DNA of 64,000 bases, from positions 5,332,001 to 5,396,000 of the forward strand of contig NC_087436.1 of NCBI RefSeq assembly GCF_036321535.1, in the 5' to 3' direction. The translations under genes were made by a program, and so were the position numbers. The notes below the pieces were generated by a model, which saw only the letters and a program-made list of their open reading frames with translations, was not told where the DNA came from and made no database searches. Of this stretch, positions 12,986 to 25,669 are shown piece by piece. Positions within the stretch are counted from its first letter, which is position 1. Every line of letters starts with the position of its first letter. The DNA is from Camelus dromedarius (lineage: Eukaryota).

Positions 12986-14510
12986 CATTCCCCACCCCCT
13001 AATAACCCCATTTCGCCTGAGGCCAGGACTTCAGTGGATGACGCTGGTGGGGACACAAACCTTCAGCCCAGAACAGCGAGGAAGTGGCAGAGATGTGAAA
13101 TGAATCCAATTCTGTCTGATGCCAGGATTAAACCCTTGGGCACAACACATGTATAATTACCCCAGACAGACAGCTGCACAGAGCGGGTGGGGAGATACAG
13201 GAGATAACCTAATTACTGGGAGGGGGAAGCTATATTCCCTGTGGGTAGACAGATTTTTGACTTACATACAATAGTACGAGACTGGAGAATTTGTTACAGC
13301 TACACAACAAATATCTATATTCTTGGGCAGATATTAAATGGTTTTGGATCAAGGTTTCAATATGAAAAAAGAGGGGCTAGTGTCTGGATTTGAGGGATTA
13401 AGGAGAATTTTGTTAGCATGTAGACAAAAACAGAGAAGGAGACAAGAGAGTGAATTTAGTTTAAACCTTGGAAATTGATTTTCTCTGGAGGTCAGAAAAA
13501 GGGAATCCAGGACAGGAACAGGGCACCTAACTTTTAGCAAACTGGAGTGAAATCTGGAGATTAAATGAAGGAAACCCTAAGAAAGTCACCAACATTACAA
13601 ATAGGTGACTCTGCGTGTGTCCCACTGGGCTAAGGCCACCACCACCTGAGGAACGAGCTGGTACACTCCTCAAGGCCGGGCGTCCTGTGTTTTCTGACAC
13701 TGAATGTGCTCCACTTAGGAACTCAGTCCTTGTACAAAGGAGATGCCCAAAGCTCACAGATTTGTTAATCCAAGCCTCTCATGATTGGGAGTGGTTACTG
13801 CACTCAAGACAAACGTCCTTAGAAAACACCCTCTCATCTTCCCTCCGTCCCTGGGCAGCCCCCTCCTGCCTCCTCCCCTCTTTCCTTTCCTTCTGTCTTT
13901 CTGGTAGGTGAGGAAACGGCATGGAAGGCAAAGCCAAAAAGGCTCCCTAAATTCGGATAATCAGCAGCATTCGAAAAGGCTACCATGAATTAAGTTAGCT
14001 TCATTTGTCCACTTCACTGAGATTTTACAGTGGCAACAAAAATGTATAAAATTGATTCAATAGTAATATTAAGGGGAGGGGCAACCTCACAAAGCATGTG
14101 GTATATGGTCCATATCATATAAATATTTACATTTTTCTCTACATTGGAGGTAGTCAGTAGGATGCCAGATAGTCTACATATATATTTTTTAAATTATAGA
14201 CTATAAAATTAAAGGAATGCTGCTAAAAAAGCTGGAGGGGTTAAAAAAAACTTTAAGAGCTATTTTCCCTTCATTTTGATGATTACAGTCTTTTGAGACA
14301 CAATCCACATCCATCCTCACATTTTGGACACAGGATTCCAGTTGGGAATTTGACTCCCATGATCCCAGAGCAGAAAAACCCAGATATAAAGTCTAGGTTT
14401 AAAAAGCCTGCCTTTAAAAAGCAAGTGTCATGTGTCTCCTTTCCATTCAAAGAGGAGAGCTCCTGAAAGACTTCTTACACATCCTGGGCGTCAACTACTG
14501 CTACGGAGGC

Positions 14511-15087
14511 TGTTGCTCCCAGGATCGTGCCCCGCCCTTCCCTCCAACGGAAACCAGTTGCTCTGATCTAAGTTTCAGGAGGAAGCTGCAACGAGAAAAA
14601 AACAAACCCGGTTAGAACCAACCAGGCCCAAGATGGTGGTGGATTTGACGTCCAGGGCACCCTGAGCCTCATTATGCGCTCACTGTAATGCACTAACTGC
14701 TAAATGACACACCCATCACATCATGACAGTTGCCAGTTGCCATGACAACAACGGAAAAGCCTGTACAAGGTTGGAAAAGGAGAGCTGCTGTCAGTCCAGG
14801 GTCCAAACCACAACCCGGTTCTCAGATAACTCGTGAATGTCCTTCCCACTCGTTCCAGTCCCCTCCCACTTACCTCCACCCTCTATCTATTGGCTGTCTC
14901 CGCCAGAATTGGGTTCAGAAGCTGATCTGCGAACCAGGTTCCCAGTGCTCCGTTCTTTGGCCACAGAATAAAGCCCGTGCTGTTGCATCGGCTTTGATAC
15001 TGGCGGCGCAAATCCGATCAGAAAACGAACCTCCCTGACCAGGATGGGGGTCTCGGGCCGGGCTAGGACCTGACCAGTTCGGTAACA
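14511..15087 (+). mobile_element. ERV1-like solo LTR
   Basis: TG...CA ends (tgttgc...ggtaaca), internal aataaa ~14967; no clear TSD. Confidence 0.6.
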
Positions 15088-15733
15088 CTGCCACATGTTT
15101 ATATATCCAGATGCTTCCCAGTTCCCGACCCACCCCCATCCTTCGGCTAGGAGGCAGCCCACCTGCATCCCGTGGGTCAATAATTTACTTTCTGTAACAG
15201 CTTTACTGAGATATAACTCACAACCACACAACTAGTTCAGTGGTTCCCACACATTCACCATTGTACGCCTCGATGCATTTTAATTAATTAGGATTGAGTA
15301 TGGAGTTCTCTTTTAAAAATTACCATTTACTCTTGTCATTTCCTAAAATATCGGATCGCCAAGCTCTCAGAGCATTGTCTTTCGTAAAACAAGACACTTA
15401 ATCAGTTAAGTGACAGGTGTATACAGACACGAAAGAAACCGGTCCAATTCTCTCTCCCAGCCAAGGGTAAAACACCAGCAAATGGCAAGGGTCCCAGCGA
15501 ACAGCATTTCAATCACGTTCGTGCCGTCGCACCGGTACATGATGAACTATGCTGAAACTTCATGAAGGTAAAAATTTCCATTTAAGCCTTGAGTCTGGTC
15601 TTTCACTTAAATAGCAAAAAATAAATATATAAAATATAGGATCTCCTGAGCAGAGTTGGAAAATAAGATCATTAAAATGTTTGTTTTGCAAAATCTTCAA
15701 CAAATTTAGTTCATCCAACTTTAACTCACCTAC

Positions 15734-15826
15734 TTTGCATGAGTAACATTCGGTGGAATATTTTGCTGATATGTGGAGTCTTCAGCTTTCAAGCTTTCAG
15801 AATAGGAGAAAATAATTCTACAAGAA
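15734..15826 (-). CDS. Candidate internal exon, 93 nt (phase 2 to 2)
   Basis: ttttttttacag acceptor; AA|gtaggt donor with a second donor AG|gtgagt 4 nt downstream; single open frame SCRIIFSYSESLKAEDSTYQQNIPPNVTHAK. Confidence 0.6.
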
Positions 15827-16551
15827 CTGTAAAAAAAATGCTTTTTTGTTTTCATCAGTTTCTCAAGTAGATCCACACTTAACATCACTTGTCTCTTCCC
15901 ACATTCAGAAGAAGTTTGTTTCAAATCTAATTAAATTCTATTCATGAGAAAAAAAATCCTCTTTAAATATGTGCTTAAATGCATTTGGTTTTCATCTTCA
16001 CAAACTTGACATTGCTAAATAAATCACTTCCACCACATCATCTTTAACTCATAATTGAATACATTTCATGATTTTTTGCCTTACTGGCACTTTTCAAATT
16101 TGGTTAAACTATTGTTTCTCCTTAGGAATAACTATTCTGGGGGAATTTACTGTAAGAAATCATAATTATTTTAATACTGCTACATATATGGAGTTAAAAA
16201 GAGTCTATATTCCATTTAGGAAAAATAAAGGCGAAAACAGGAATTTAAAAGGCTGTGTCTGTAGGACCCGTCCCCTAGACAGGGCTGAGTATTGCTACGC
16301 TAATTCGTTTTACTGAATATCCTTGAAAGGTAAAATGCATGAAGTTATCAAAAAAGGTATTATCAAGTTTCTTAAAAAGACCTTTCTTTGAATGTATACT
16401 TTACAATGGTTTCTAGTATTGTGTTAAGGTTTAGGGTAATAAAGACACTGACAAAAAGCAAAGCGATCGTACCACGTGACTTTCTAAAGACCAGCATACT
16501 TCCAGTGCTATTTACCAAGTACCCTCTTTTCAGGACTATAAAGACACTCAC

Positions 16552-16643
16552 TTGTTTCCAAATATGCATTCAGTCTGACACACATCAGCTTGTGAATGAA
16601 GAGTATAAAGTGTACAGTTCAAAAAGTGTTTGTATCAGGGTGT
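16552..16643 (-). pseudogene. Candidate internal exon, 92 nt (phase 0 to 2), with in-frame TGA at codon 3
   Basis: ctttgcttttttcag acceptor, AA|gtgagt donor; TP*YKHFLNCTLYTLHSQADVCQTECIFGN; phases fit both neighbours; the other two frames also contain stops. Confidence 0.6.
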
Positions 16644-16869
16644 CTGAAAAAAGCAAAGCAAAGCAAAGCGTTATCCTTCAAAGCAGGCTGGCCTTACCGA
16701 TCACATTTTCTCACTGATCTCACTATAAATTAGAAAGGGAAGCTAACAGTTCATTACAGAGATACACATGTCCTAGTTTCTACATACAGGTAATCCCTAG
16801 CTTTCCTAAGTGACCCCAAATTTAATCATCTCAATCTGAGTAGAGAATTTGTTGGTATGGAAAATGGAA

Positions 16870-17048
16870 CAGATAAACCACAAGCTTATACTGTACAGCA
16901 CAGGGAACTATGTTCAATATCTTGTAGTCACCTATAATGAAAAAGAGTATGAAAATGAATACATGTATGCACATGTATGACTGAAACATGATGCTGTACA
17001 CCAGAAATTGACACAACATTGTAAACTGACTAGACTTCAATAAAAAGA
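16870..17048 (+). mobile_element. Short L1 3' tail
   Basis: L1 3' UTR motifs; TSD-like aaaatggaacaga / aaaatggagcaga. Confidence 0.88.
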
Positions 17049-17420
17049 AAATGGAGCAGACCAAAGACCTTACTTAAAAGTTTTCTGAAACTCCAGACCG
17101 AAAGAGGGAGTTACTCCAGAGGAGGAAACCAGACAGTCCAAAGGACAGCCCAGCCCCATTTCCTCGAGAGCACCCTAGTCTGTTCCTCTGCGTCTTCCTC
17201 TCTCCCCAGGTTCCACTTATCAGACTATAATCACTCTCACGCAGCTGCGTAAGTGGGCTTTGTCCCCGGGGGGAGCACAGAGGATGAGGAGAGGACCAGA
17301 GGGCCAGAGAGGGGGCTGCCCAGGATGCGTCATCAGCCCCCCAGGGACAACCAGCACAGAGACATCACCTGCCTGAGCAGGGCTCCGTCAGCTGTGACTT
17401 CCTGAGTCACTGGGATATAC

Positions 17421-17490
17421 CAGGACAGTATTCGTTTGGACAGGATCACCTGTATGAAACTCCACTGGAATTTCAAAATATCTTAACTCT
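17421..17490 (-). CDS. Candidate internal exon, 70 nt (phase 2 to 0)
   Basis: ttctgtgtttag acceptor, CTG|gtatat donor; single open frame ELRYFEIPVEFHTGDPVQTNTVL. Confidence 0.5.
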
Positions 17491-17510
17491 CTAAACACAG
17501 AACTCTTCTT

Positions 17511-17630
17511 ATTATGGTGAAAAAGAATATGAAAATGAATACGTGTATGTTCATGTCTGACTGAAACACAATGCTGTACACCAGAAATTGACACAACATT
17601 GCAAACTGACTAGACTTCAATAAAAAAAAA
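17511..17630 (+). mobile_element. Short L1 3' tail
   Basis: gaaaaagaatatgaaaatgaat...gctgtacaccagaaattgacac...caataaaaaaaaa. Confidence 0.88.
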
Positions 17631-18887
17631 TATATGTATAAAATATATAAGCCTATGGTCAACTTCTCAGTTTTGATCTTTTAATACATCCAAGAGGTAC
17701 ATTACACAGGAAGCAGGGTATGGCCTAGACACCGTCTCATTTAGTGCATTAAAAAATCCCATGAGGTGGACATTGCCATCACTCCCACAGAAGGAAACCA
17801 CTGAGACCACAGATCAAACAACGAAAACTGGCAGACAAAGGTTTGAATGCAGAGGAGTCTGCCTCCCAGTTCTACACTGTCTCCAAAGTCCGGCATGACC
17901 TCACGAAAAATGTCTCCGTTTTCAAGATAATTTTTAAATTAGCTTAAACCAGCAGACTGCTCCAGTTAAAAGAAAAATCCAATGATCTGAGAGAGTGTGT
18001 GTATTTTGAGAAAATATAAATTCTGCTTTGGAAAATCCTCAAAGGAAGGGAAATTCACACACACACACACACACACACCTCTGCAGTTTGTCCTCTGGGT
18101 CGGGAACAGGTCTGCCTAAGAATTTTCTCTGGCCCAACTTAAATGAAAACTGTAACTGCAAACCCTTTTCTCCTTTTTTTCTGGTTCTACAAGTGCATGG
18201 CCTGGTAGACGGCACTTCTCTTCAGGGGAGTATAATGCCTCCCATTGTAAGTTGCAGCCTAGAGGTGGCACAGTGAAAGTTAAATTTCTCTGCAAAACCA
18301 GAATCACGAGTTTGTAACTTTCAGGAGACAGTACTGGAGACAGAAGATGAGTCACAGTAGAGAGGGGGCCCCTCAAGCAGTAAGAATACGACTGGGATCC
18401 GGGGAAGGAGCAAGACCACCAGTAAGACAGCCTCTGTGAAAGGAGCAGCCAAGAGGTTTCCAAGTATCTAAGCAGTTGGAGTCGTTTTCTTCCCATGCTG
18501 GGCAGACTGCCTTCTTTCCCAGTCTCCATGCAGGTCTCAGAGGGAGCTGGCCCCGGTGTGAGCAGATCCACCGAAGGCAGGATGCTGGAGGGAAGCACTG
18601 GGGACCAAGAGTCAAGCTGCACCCAGGCATTCAGAGCAATAGGTGCTGGAGAGTAAGACCTCGCACCCTGACCTCCAGCTGGAGTGGCAGTGAGCCTGCC
18701 GTCATCAGTGGGCGGGGGCTGGTGGGTGCAGAGGGAGCTGAGCCCAGGAGGGTCTCTGCTCCCTGCCTCTGCCTCCACTTCACCCACTGGGGCCGCCAAG
18801 CTCTGAAGGTTTCTTTTTTTCACCTTGTGTGTGTTTTTTTTTGGGGGGGAAGGGGGTATTTTTTATTTTTATATTTGGTAGTTTTGC

Positions 18888-19769
18888 ATTTTTTTAATTG
18901 AAGTATAGTCAGTTACAATGTGTCAATTTCTGGTGTACAGTACAATGTCCCAGTCATGCATATACATACACACATTCCTTTTCATATTCTTTTTCATTAC
19001 AGGTTATTACAAGATATTGAATATAGTTCCCTGTGCTATACAGGAGGACCTTGTTTATCTATTTTATATATAGTGGTGTGTATCTGCTAATCCCAAACTC
19101 CTAATTTATCCTTCCCCCACATTTCCCTCTGGTAACCCTAAATTTGTTTTCTATGTCTGTGAGTCTGTTTTTGTTTTGTAAATAAATCCATTTGTGTCTT
19201 TTTTGTTTTTTTTAAATTCCACATGTGAGCAATACCATATGGTATTTTTCTTTCTCTGTCTGACTTACTTCATTTAGAATGACGATCTCCAGGTCCAACC
19301 ATCTTGCTGCAAATGGCATTATTTTATTCTTCTTTATGGCTGAGTAGTATTCCATTGTATAAATATACCACATATTGTTTATCCAGTCATCTGTCAATGG
19401 ACATTTAGGTAGTTTCCATGTCTTGGCTATTGTAAATAGTGCTGCTGTGAACACTGGGGTGCCTGTGTCTTTTTAAATTAGAGTTCCCTCCAGATATATG
19501 CCCAGGAGTGGGATTGCTGGATCATATGGTAACTCTAGTTTTTTGAGGAATCTCCCTCCTGTTTTCCATAATGGCGGCACTAAACTACATTCCCACCAAC
19601 AGTGTAGGAGGGTTCCATTTTCTCCACAGCCTCCCCAGCGTTCATCGTTTGTAGACTTTTGAATGATGGCCATTCTGACCAATGTGAGGTGATACCTCGT
19701 GGTAGTTTTGATTAGCATTTCTCTGAAAATTAGCAACACAGAGCATTTTCTCATGTGCCTGTTGGCCAT
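18888..19769 (-). mobile_element. 5'-truncated L1 (ORF2 end and 3' UTR)
   Basis: ORFs 19473-19769 and 19212-19454 translate to the L1 ORF2p C-terminus. Confidence 0.94.
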
Positions 19770-20074
19770 GTATCAGCTCTATCAGGGACTCTGAGCCTCA
19801 GCTCTCCGTTCCCAGGGCCAGGAACAAGGCCTGGCACGTCACAGATGATCACAAAATATTTCTGAGTTAAAGACATTCCAGACTGAGAAGAGCTTTGAAA
19901 GGAATAAGGCCACCGGGGGACAACTTCAAAGGGACCAGCAGGTAGGCAGGTGGCGACAACAGTGACACAGAAGATGAAACGTAGAAGACAAGTGCAGGTA
20001 CCACACTGGGGGAAAGCTCACCAGGCGGGGGGAGGGTTAGGATACAAGAGGATGCAGATGATCAGTACATCACT

Positions 20075-20503
20075 TATTTTTCATTGACGTGCAGTCGATT
20101 TACAATGTTAGTTTCTAGTGTAAAACATGGCGATTGTCATACATATATATACACATATATATATTTTTTCAGCTTCTTTTCCATTTGAAGTTATTATAAG
20201 ATGTTGAATATAACTCCCTGTGCTCTACAATAGGTCTTTGTTGTTTATCTATTTTATATGCAGTAATTTGTATCTGTTAATCCCAAACTCCTAATTTATC
20301 CCTCCCGACCTTTCCCCCTTGGTAACCACAGTTTGTTTTCTATGACCAAGAGTCTATTTCTGGTTTGTAAATAAAATTTGCACCTTTTTTTTTTCAGATT
20401 CCACATATAAGCGACATCATGTAACATTTGTCTTTCTCTGTCTGGTTTACCTCACTTAGTATGATCATCTCTAGGTCCATCCACGTTGCTGTAAATGGCA
20501 TTA
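20075..20503 (-). mobile_element. L1 3' end
   Basis: Reverse complement of the same L1 3' UTR motifs. Confidence 0.88.
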
Positions 20504-21467
20504 AGTCGTAATAAGAACATGTCTTAGGTGGCTCTTCAGCTTTAAAGGTGACTGCCTAAGGGTACCAATGAAGCATCCCATTAGCACTTCCTAGGATGCT
20601 AGGGACATCTTCACTGTCTAATACACTAGCCATACGTGGCTGCCGACTTCAAAGTGACTACAGCAAGTGAGGAGGTGAACTTCTGTTTTCACTTAGGTTT
20701 ACTTTGCTTTAATTCATTTAAACGTGCACACCCCGCTGTGACTGGTGGCTACCATGTTTGTCTGCACCACCAGGCCACAGCCGCAGTCCCAGCACATTAG
20801 CAGAAGCTGGTGTGTAAGAAATGGTATCGCTGCTTTCTCTCCCACCAGCACTGAAATGAGAGTTCCCCCAAGCCCTTTCCAACGCGCTGGATTACCAGCA
20901 TCTTTACTGGTCTCTTACTCGACTCATGAATGTAATAGCTATTTGACTTTCCATCAGTTTTTAATTTCTCTGAACCTCAGCTGCCTTATCAGTAAAATAA
21001 ATGACTGTGAACTAGGCAGCTATTGGACACCTTAAGGTCTTTTCTACATCAAATATGTAGGATTTACTTTAGTATACTTCACACTTTGAAAGGGTTACTC
21101 TTTATATGTAATTAACGTCCCTAAAATGTCATTGACTTTAAGATGCATCATTGATTTAACAGCAGCTCTGAAGGAAAAAGAAAAGGACATGAAATGCATT
21201 CTGACTCAAAGGTCTACTGCAATTGCAGCAATAGAAATCCTGTTAAAAAAAAAAAAGAGTAAAATAAAGTGCATCTTAGAGTCAAGGAACCAAAAATATT
21301 AGACAGAGGTGTAATAAATTATTATAATACCATCAGCAGTTTTCGTTCTGTTAACTTAATCAGACAGTACTTTTATAAAAAATAAAAAAATTCAGACATA
21401 CCATATTAACCCCATGCAGTAATTTCCCACAAAAGTAACAAATAACATACACAATAAACGTCTAAGT

Positions 21468-21610
21468 GGGGGAAGGGCACACAGCTCAGCGGCAGAGCAC
21501 GTGCTTAACATGCACGAGGTCCTGGGTTCTATCTCCAGTACCTCCTCAAAGAATAAATAAATAAGCCTAATTACCTCCCCCCACCAAAAAATAAATAAAC
21601 AAATAAAAAA
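21468..21610 (+). mobile_element. tRNA-derived SINE (vic-1-like)
   Basis: agctcagcggcagagcac...gaggtcctgggttc...aataaataaata; imperfect TSD aataaacgtctaag / aataaatgtataag. Confidence 0.88.
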
Positions 21611-23321
21611 AATAAATGTATAAGAGAAGTAACTGGTAGTGTCTCCCATAGTGAGGCCTACCCATTTTATTTTTCTTAATCATGGCAAAGTCAGTTCACA
21701 GGAGAGGCGTTTGTTACTGATGAAGTATCAAATTAAGCTTTGAATTTCCTAGCTTTTTACAGATAAAAGCCCCTAAAGTGACTTAAGGATTGTAGCAATA
21801 TTGTACATTAGACATGAAATTCCAAGCCATTGTTATCTGTTCTGGCACTGTCAAACCTTTGTTTAAAATATCCCAAAATATGTTTACTCTGTTGTTTTTT
21901 GAAGTAGTTATTTTGGCCGAAAGAATTACAGAGTAATTAATTTCTTCTTCATATAAAATTAAAATGTATGAGAAAAATTAACATGTATTCATAATGAAAT
22001 ATAATTATTAATTATGTTTGCATCTCACGTTCTGCTACAATTATAGGAAACTATTCAAAACAGCGAGACCTAGTGATACACCAGTTAGACCCAAATGAAG
22101 AATATTTCAAATCTATGGATGCTCTGTGAGCCTTCCAAAAAACAGCTAAGAAAACCAGCTCAAGAACAAAAAGAAAATAACCATGCTATTCAATTTATTC
22201 AATGAATAGATTTAAGAAATCAGGACTGGATGTGGTTACTAATTATTTTTAAATACATTTAATTACCAGCACTAAAGGGAAATGGTGGAGAAAGCAATTA
22301 ATTTGTAAATAAACAAAGAAGTCGTTTCCAAGAAAACTCAAAGCCATTTTTTCAAGCCGTCTTTTGAAACGAAATATAAAAGCAGAGATTCTTTTTCCGA
22401 ATTCCATTCAATGTCATGAGAATGACCAACGATGGTGAGTCACTCCTTTTAAAATAATGTATATCATTCTCAAAAGAGGAAAAATCATGCAACACATAAA
22501 CCCATATTCCAACAGACACAGCGTCTAATCAGTCAGCAAATATTTATTCATCGTTTACTAATATATGCCAGGAACAGGGGACAAAGAGATGTTTTAAAAG
22601 GTCAGGTCCTGTAATTCTGCAGTTCATGATCGGGAGACCATACAGGACCAAAAAAGCAGCTAAGATGGAAAAGTTGGGGGGTTCGGGGAGGAGGGTTAGA
22701 GAGGCCATTAGGAAGACACGCAGCTGCGTGGTCGGGGAGGGAAAATGAAAGAAAAGATGTCCAGTGTGGAACGGCTGGTGCCTATTCCAAAAAAGAAATG
22801 TCGCCCCGCCTCATGCAGAATTAGAGCAGTTGAAATATTATTATTTCAAGGTCCTGCTTAATATGCCGCCCCAGCCACGCATCCTAGCCTCAGATGCAAA
22901 GAGGAGGCTCTCAATAATCGTGGGCCAAGTGAATAGCCATTTTTTTGTCTCTGCAGAGCTGGGTCATATAAAAGTTTCCAACTTCATTAGCCTGCAGTCA
23001 AGTGTCTATTCAGGAGCAGATGAACCTGCACTCTGCATTCTTGAATTTGGGCTTTTTTTTTTTTTTCCTGCGTAAACTCATTACCTCTTCTTTTGTCAAT
23101 CATTGACCAAGTGCCTGTGATACACAGGGCTTCCTTCAGTTGCTGGGTATACTGACCTGAGAAAAATACCCTGCTCTTAAAAATCCCATCGGGAAGAAAA
23201 ACAATTTTTAATAGATTTTATCTGAAGTAATGAGAAAAATATCAGACGATGACATGCGCTTCGCAGGGAATTAAAATGCTGCCATGTGACACAGACAGGT
23301 GGATCCCCTGGGGGTCACAGG

Positions 23322-23640
23322 TGTCTTAGTTCTGCTATCCCAAGAAGCAGACCGGGGGGCAAGGATTTAGGTGCAAAATGTTTATCTGGGAGGAGGAAGA
23401 AACATCAGTAGTGAGGGGGACTGAGACCAGGGAATCAAGTAGCCAAGAGAAGTAAGGACAGCGCATCAGGACAGCGACCACTGTGAGCAACACCACTTCA
23501 TCCCTGATGCTAATTATCTGGGTAAATGCTGGGACCCTGTGAACACACACGTTTCTGACTTTCCCAATCCTGTGTGATGGGGAGCTGGGGTACTGATACA
23601 CCAAATTCTGCCAGTCATTGGTTGAGAGCTGATGGAGGAG
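23322..23640 (+). mobile_element. ERVL LTR16-like relic
   Basis: tgtcttagtt...agaagcagacc...caaggatttaggtgcaaaatgtttatctgggagg start motif. Confidence 0.55.
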
Positions 23641-25615
23641 AAAGCATCCATTCTGGGCAGTAAAGGGAGGCTCCCTGGGGAAGAGACAGCATGCAGGCAG
23701 TGAGATTGGGGGGTGGGGCTGCAGGTGTGCAGTAAGGTGGGCAGGCAGCGTGGACGGGTGCCCCTGCAGGACCAGGAGGCACCTGTGCTGGCATCTAAGC
23801 AGAAAGAAGGACCCAGGGCAAAAGATTTGCTGACAGAAGGCCTTGCTAGATCAGGGCAAGCTTGGTGTGCTTATGGAAGGTCCCCTGGACGGAATGTCAG
23901 GAGGAGAGCGGGAGACTAGTGACAAGTCAGACCACGGGGGCTCTGGAAGCCAGAGTAAATGCCTGGGGGACCCTGGGGTGGGGGAAGCGCAGGCTTGTGC
24001 ATTTCCAGAAGGGGACTCCGGTGCACATGAACAGGGAGGCCTGAGAGGAAGCAGAAAATGAGGGCGTGGCTGCAGGGAGGGGTGGACGTGAAGAGAGAGA
24101 CGTGGGCACAGAGGGGAGAGGATGAATCAGAACCCTTCGTCCTTCTTCATCAGCAACTCTGTCCATGGCGGGGGCAGTGGGATTTCCACCAGAAGGAAGA
24201 CTTGGGGAGGAGCACATTTGTGGGGGGAAAATGAAGGGCTCGTTTCAGTCAAGTTAAGACTCCTACGTGATACCTGCAGACAGGTAAATAATACAAGTTT
24301 GGATCAGAGAGACATCGGAACTACAGACGGACATAAGAAAGTCATCTAGACACATACAGCATCGAAGGCAAGAGACGAGATGATGTCACCTCGGATTACA
24401 GATAAGGAAGAAAGGTTCCAAAGACAGACTTTTGTACTGCAAGGAATAATTTCATGTCAATAGCCTTTTACTGGACCAGTAAAAGGTACCTCAGTTATCA
24501 TAGCCAACTCATTATTTCATTCATTCATTCAATATTTATTGAATATAAAATAGACTTAAGGCATTATGCTGAGAACTACAGGAAATTAAAAATAGATATT
24601 AATCCTCCTTTTTAAAAGCTAAGATTTGCAAACCATTCAAGATTAAAGATTGACCACAGTAACTGTCCTAAGAGGTACAGAAAAAAGGACCATGAAAACT
24701 CGGGAGAAAGGGATTACTTCCACCTGGAAAAATCATAACAGGTTTTGAGCAGAAAACAGCATTAAAGCTGAGGCTTAACGCCTTTTCAAACTTGTAGAAC
24801 TTGCACTGTAAACACTTAGAAAGTGGATGCATTTCAAGACTTAGTGATTTACAGAACAGAATCACAGACCTTGGAGGGAGTAAAATTCTAGAGTTCATTA
24901 AGTAGCTGAATTTGCTGGATGATAAACTAGATGAATGGGCAAGGTGGTGAGTATTTCTAGAACACCACATTTACTCAATTCATTTCGAAAGTAGCCTATG
25001 TGAGGAGACAATTCACTTTTTATGTGCCAAAAATATACTTGGTTGAGTTTAAGAAAACTATTTCAGAAGCCACAATTTCAGTGCACTTCCATTTTCAAGA
25101 ATACTACTTCCGTGGTACTAATGCACTGTGAACCGTCATTACGACCTGGAAGTGCACTTCTCAGTTACATTGTCCATTTTGGTTACATTTTTCCCACAAT
25201 GTAGATAATTTAACAGCACCTTTTCCATCTATCTGCCTGTCTGATTTTTATCTTTAAAGACTGGAAATGCATGTATGAAGTTGGATCTGCAAGGTGGGGT
25301 TACTAATTACTGGTCAGTGTACAGGGAAAGAGCAGACCTGGGCTGCGGACGAAGATGAAACAGGCTCAGGACAGCAAAGTGCAGGGACTCGCTGCTGGGA
25401 AGAGGCCGACGGAGGGGACGGGTGGACACACGGACAGTTCCACGCTCCACACTGGTCTCCAGACAGCCTGCCCTTTACGCCCTTCAGCTCAGTTTCTGCC
25501 ATTCTTTGAGACCATGCAAAACAGCCTTTTATGGTGGTGTTTAAAGACTTCTGAGTACACAGCTCCTAAAAACACAAATTTAGCCATAAAGGACTTTGTG
25601 AAAAACACTGTGTAC

Positions 25616-25669
25616 CCGAGATGCCACATTTTCTTGTACTGCTTGTTGTCAGAATAAAGTTTATAATCA
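25616..25669 (-). CDS. Tentative exon, 54 nt (phase 2 to 2)
   Basis: gtccttcag acceptor, weak GG|gtacac donor; DYKLYSDNKQYKKMWHLG; avoids the TG|A stop formed by joining 34495-34520 directly to 17421-17490. Confidence 0.35.

Noticed and set aside
16635..16637. Selenocysteine recoding of the in-frame TGA
   Set aside because: The 3' UTR contains ATGA...AA...GA (~3862-3820, minus strand) but the spacing and stem do not fit a canonical SECIS by eye, and there is no redox motif; CGA>TGA is simpler. SECISearch3 would be decisive.
18116..18823. 235-aa ORF
   Set aside because: Low-complexity, GC-rich, overlapping ORFs on both strands and no recognisable domain; consistent with chance.
19212..19769. 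ORFs resembling real protein (also 1559-1813, 2962-3469)
   Set aside because: Broken L1 ORF2p C-terminal remnants, not host genes.
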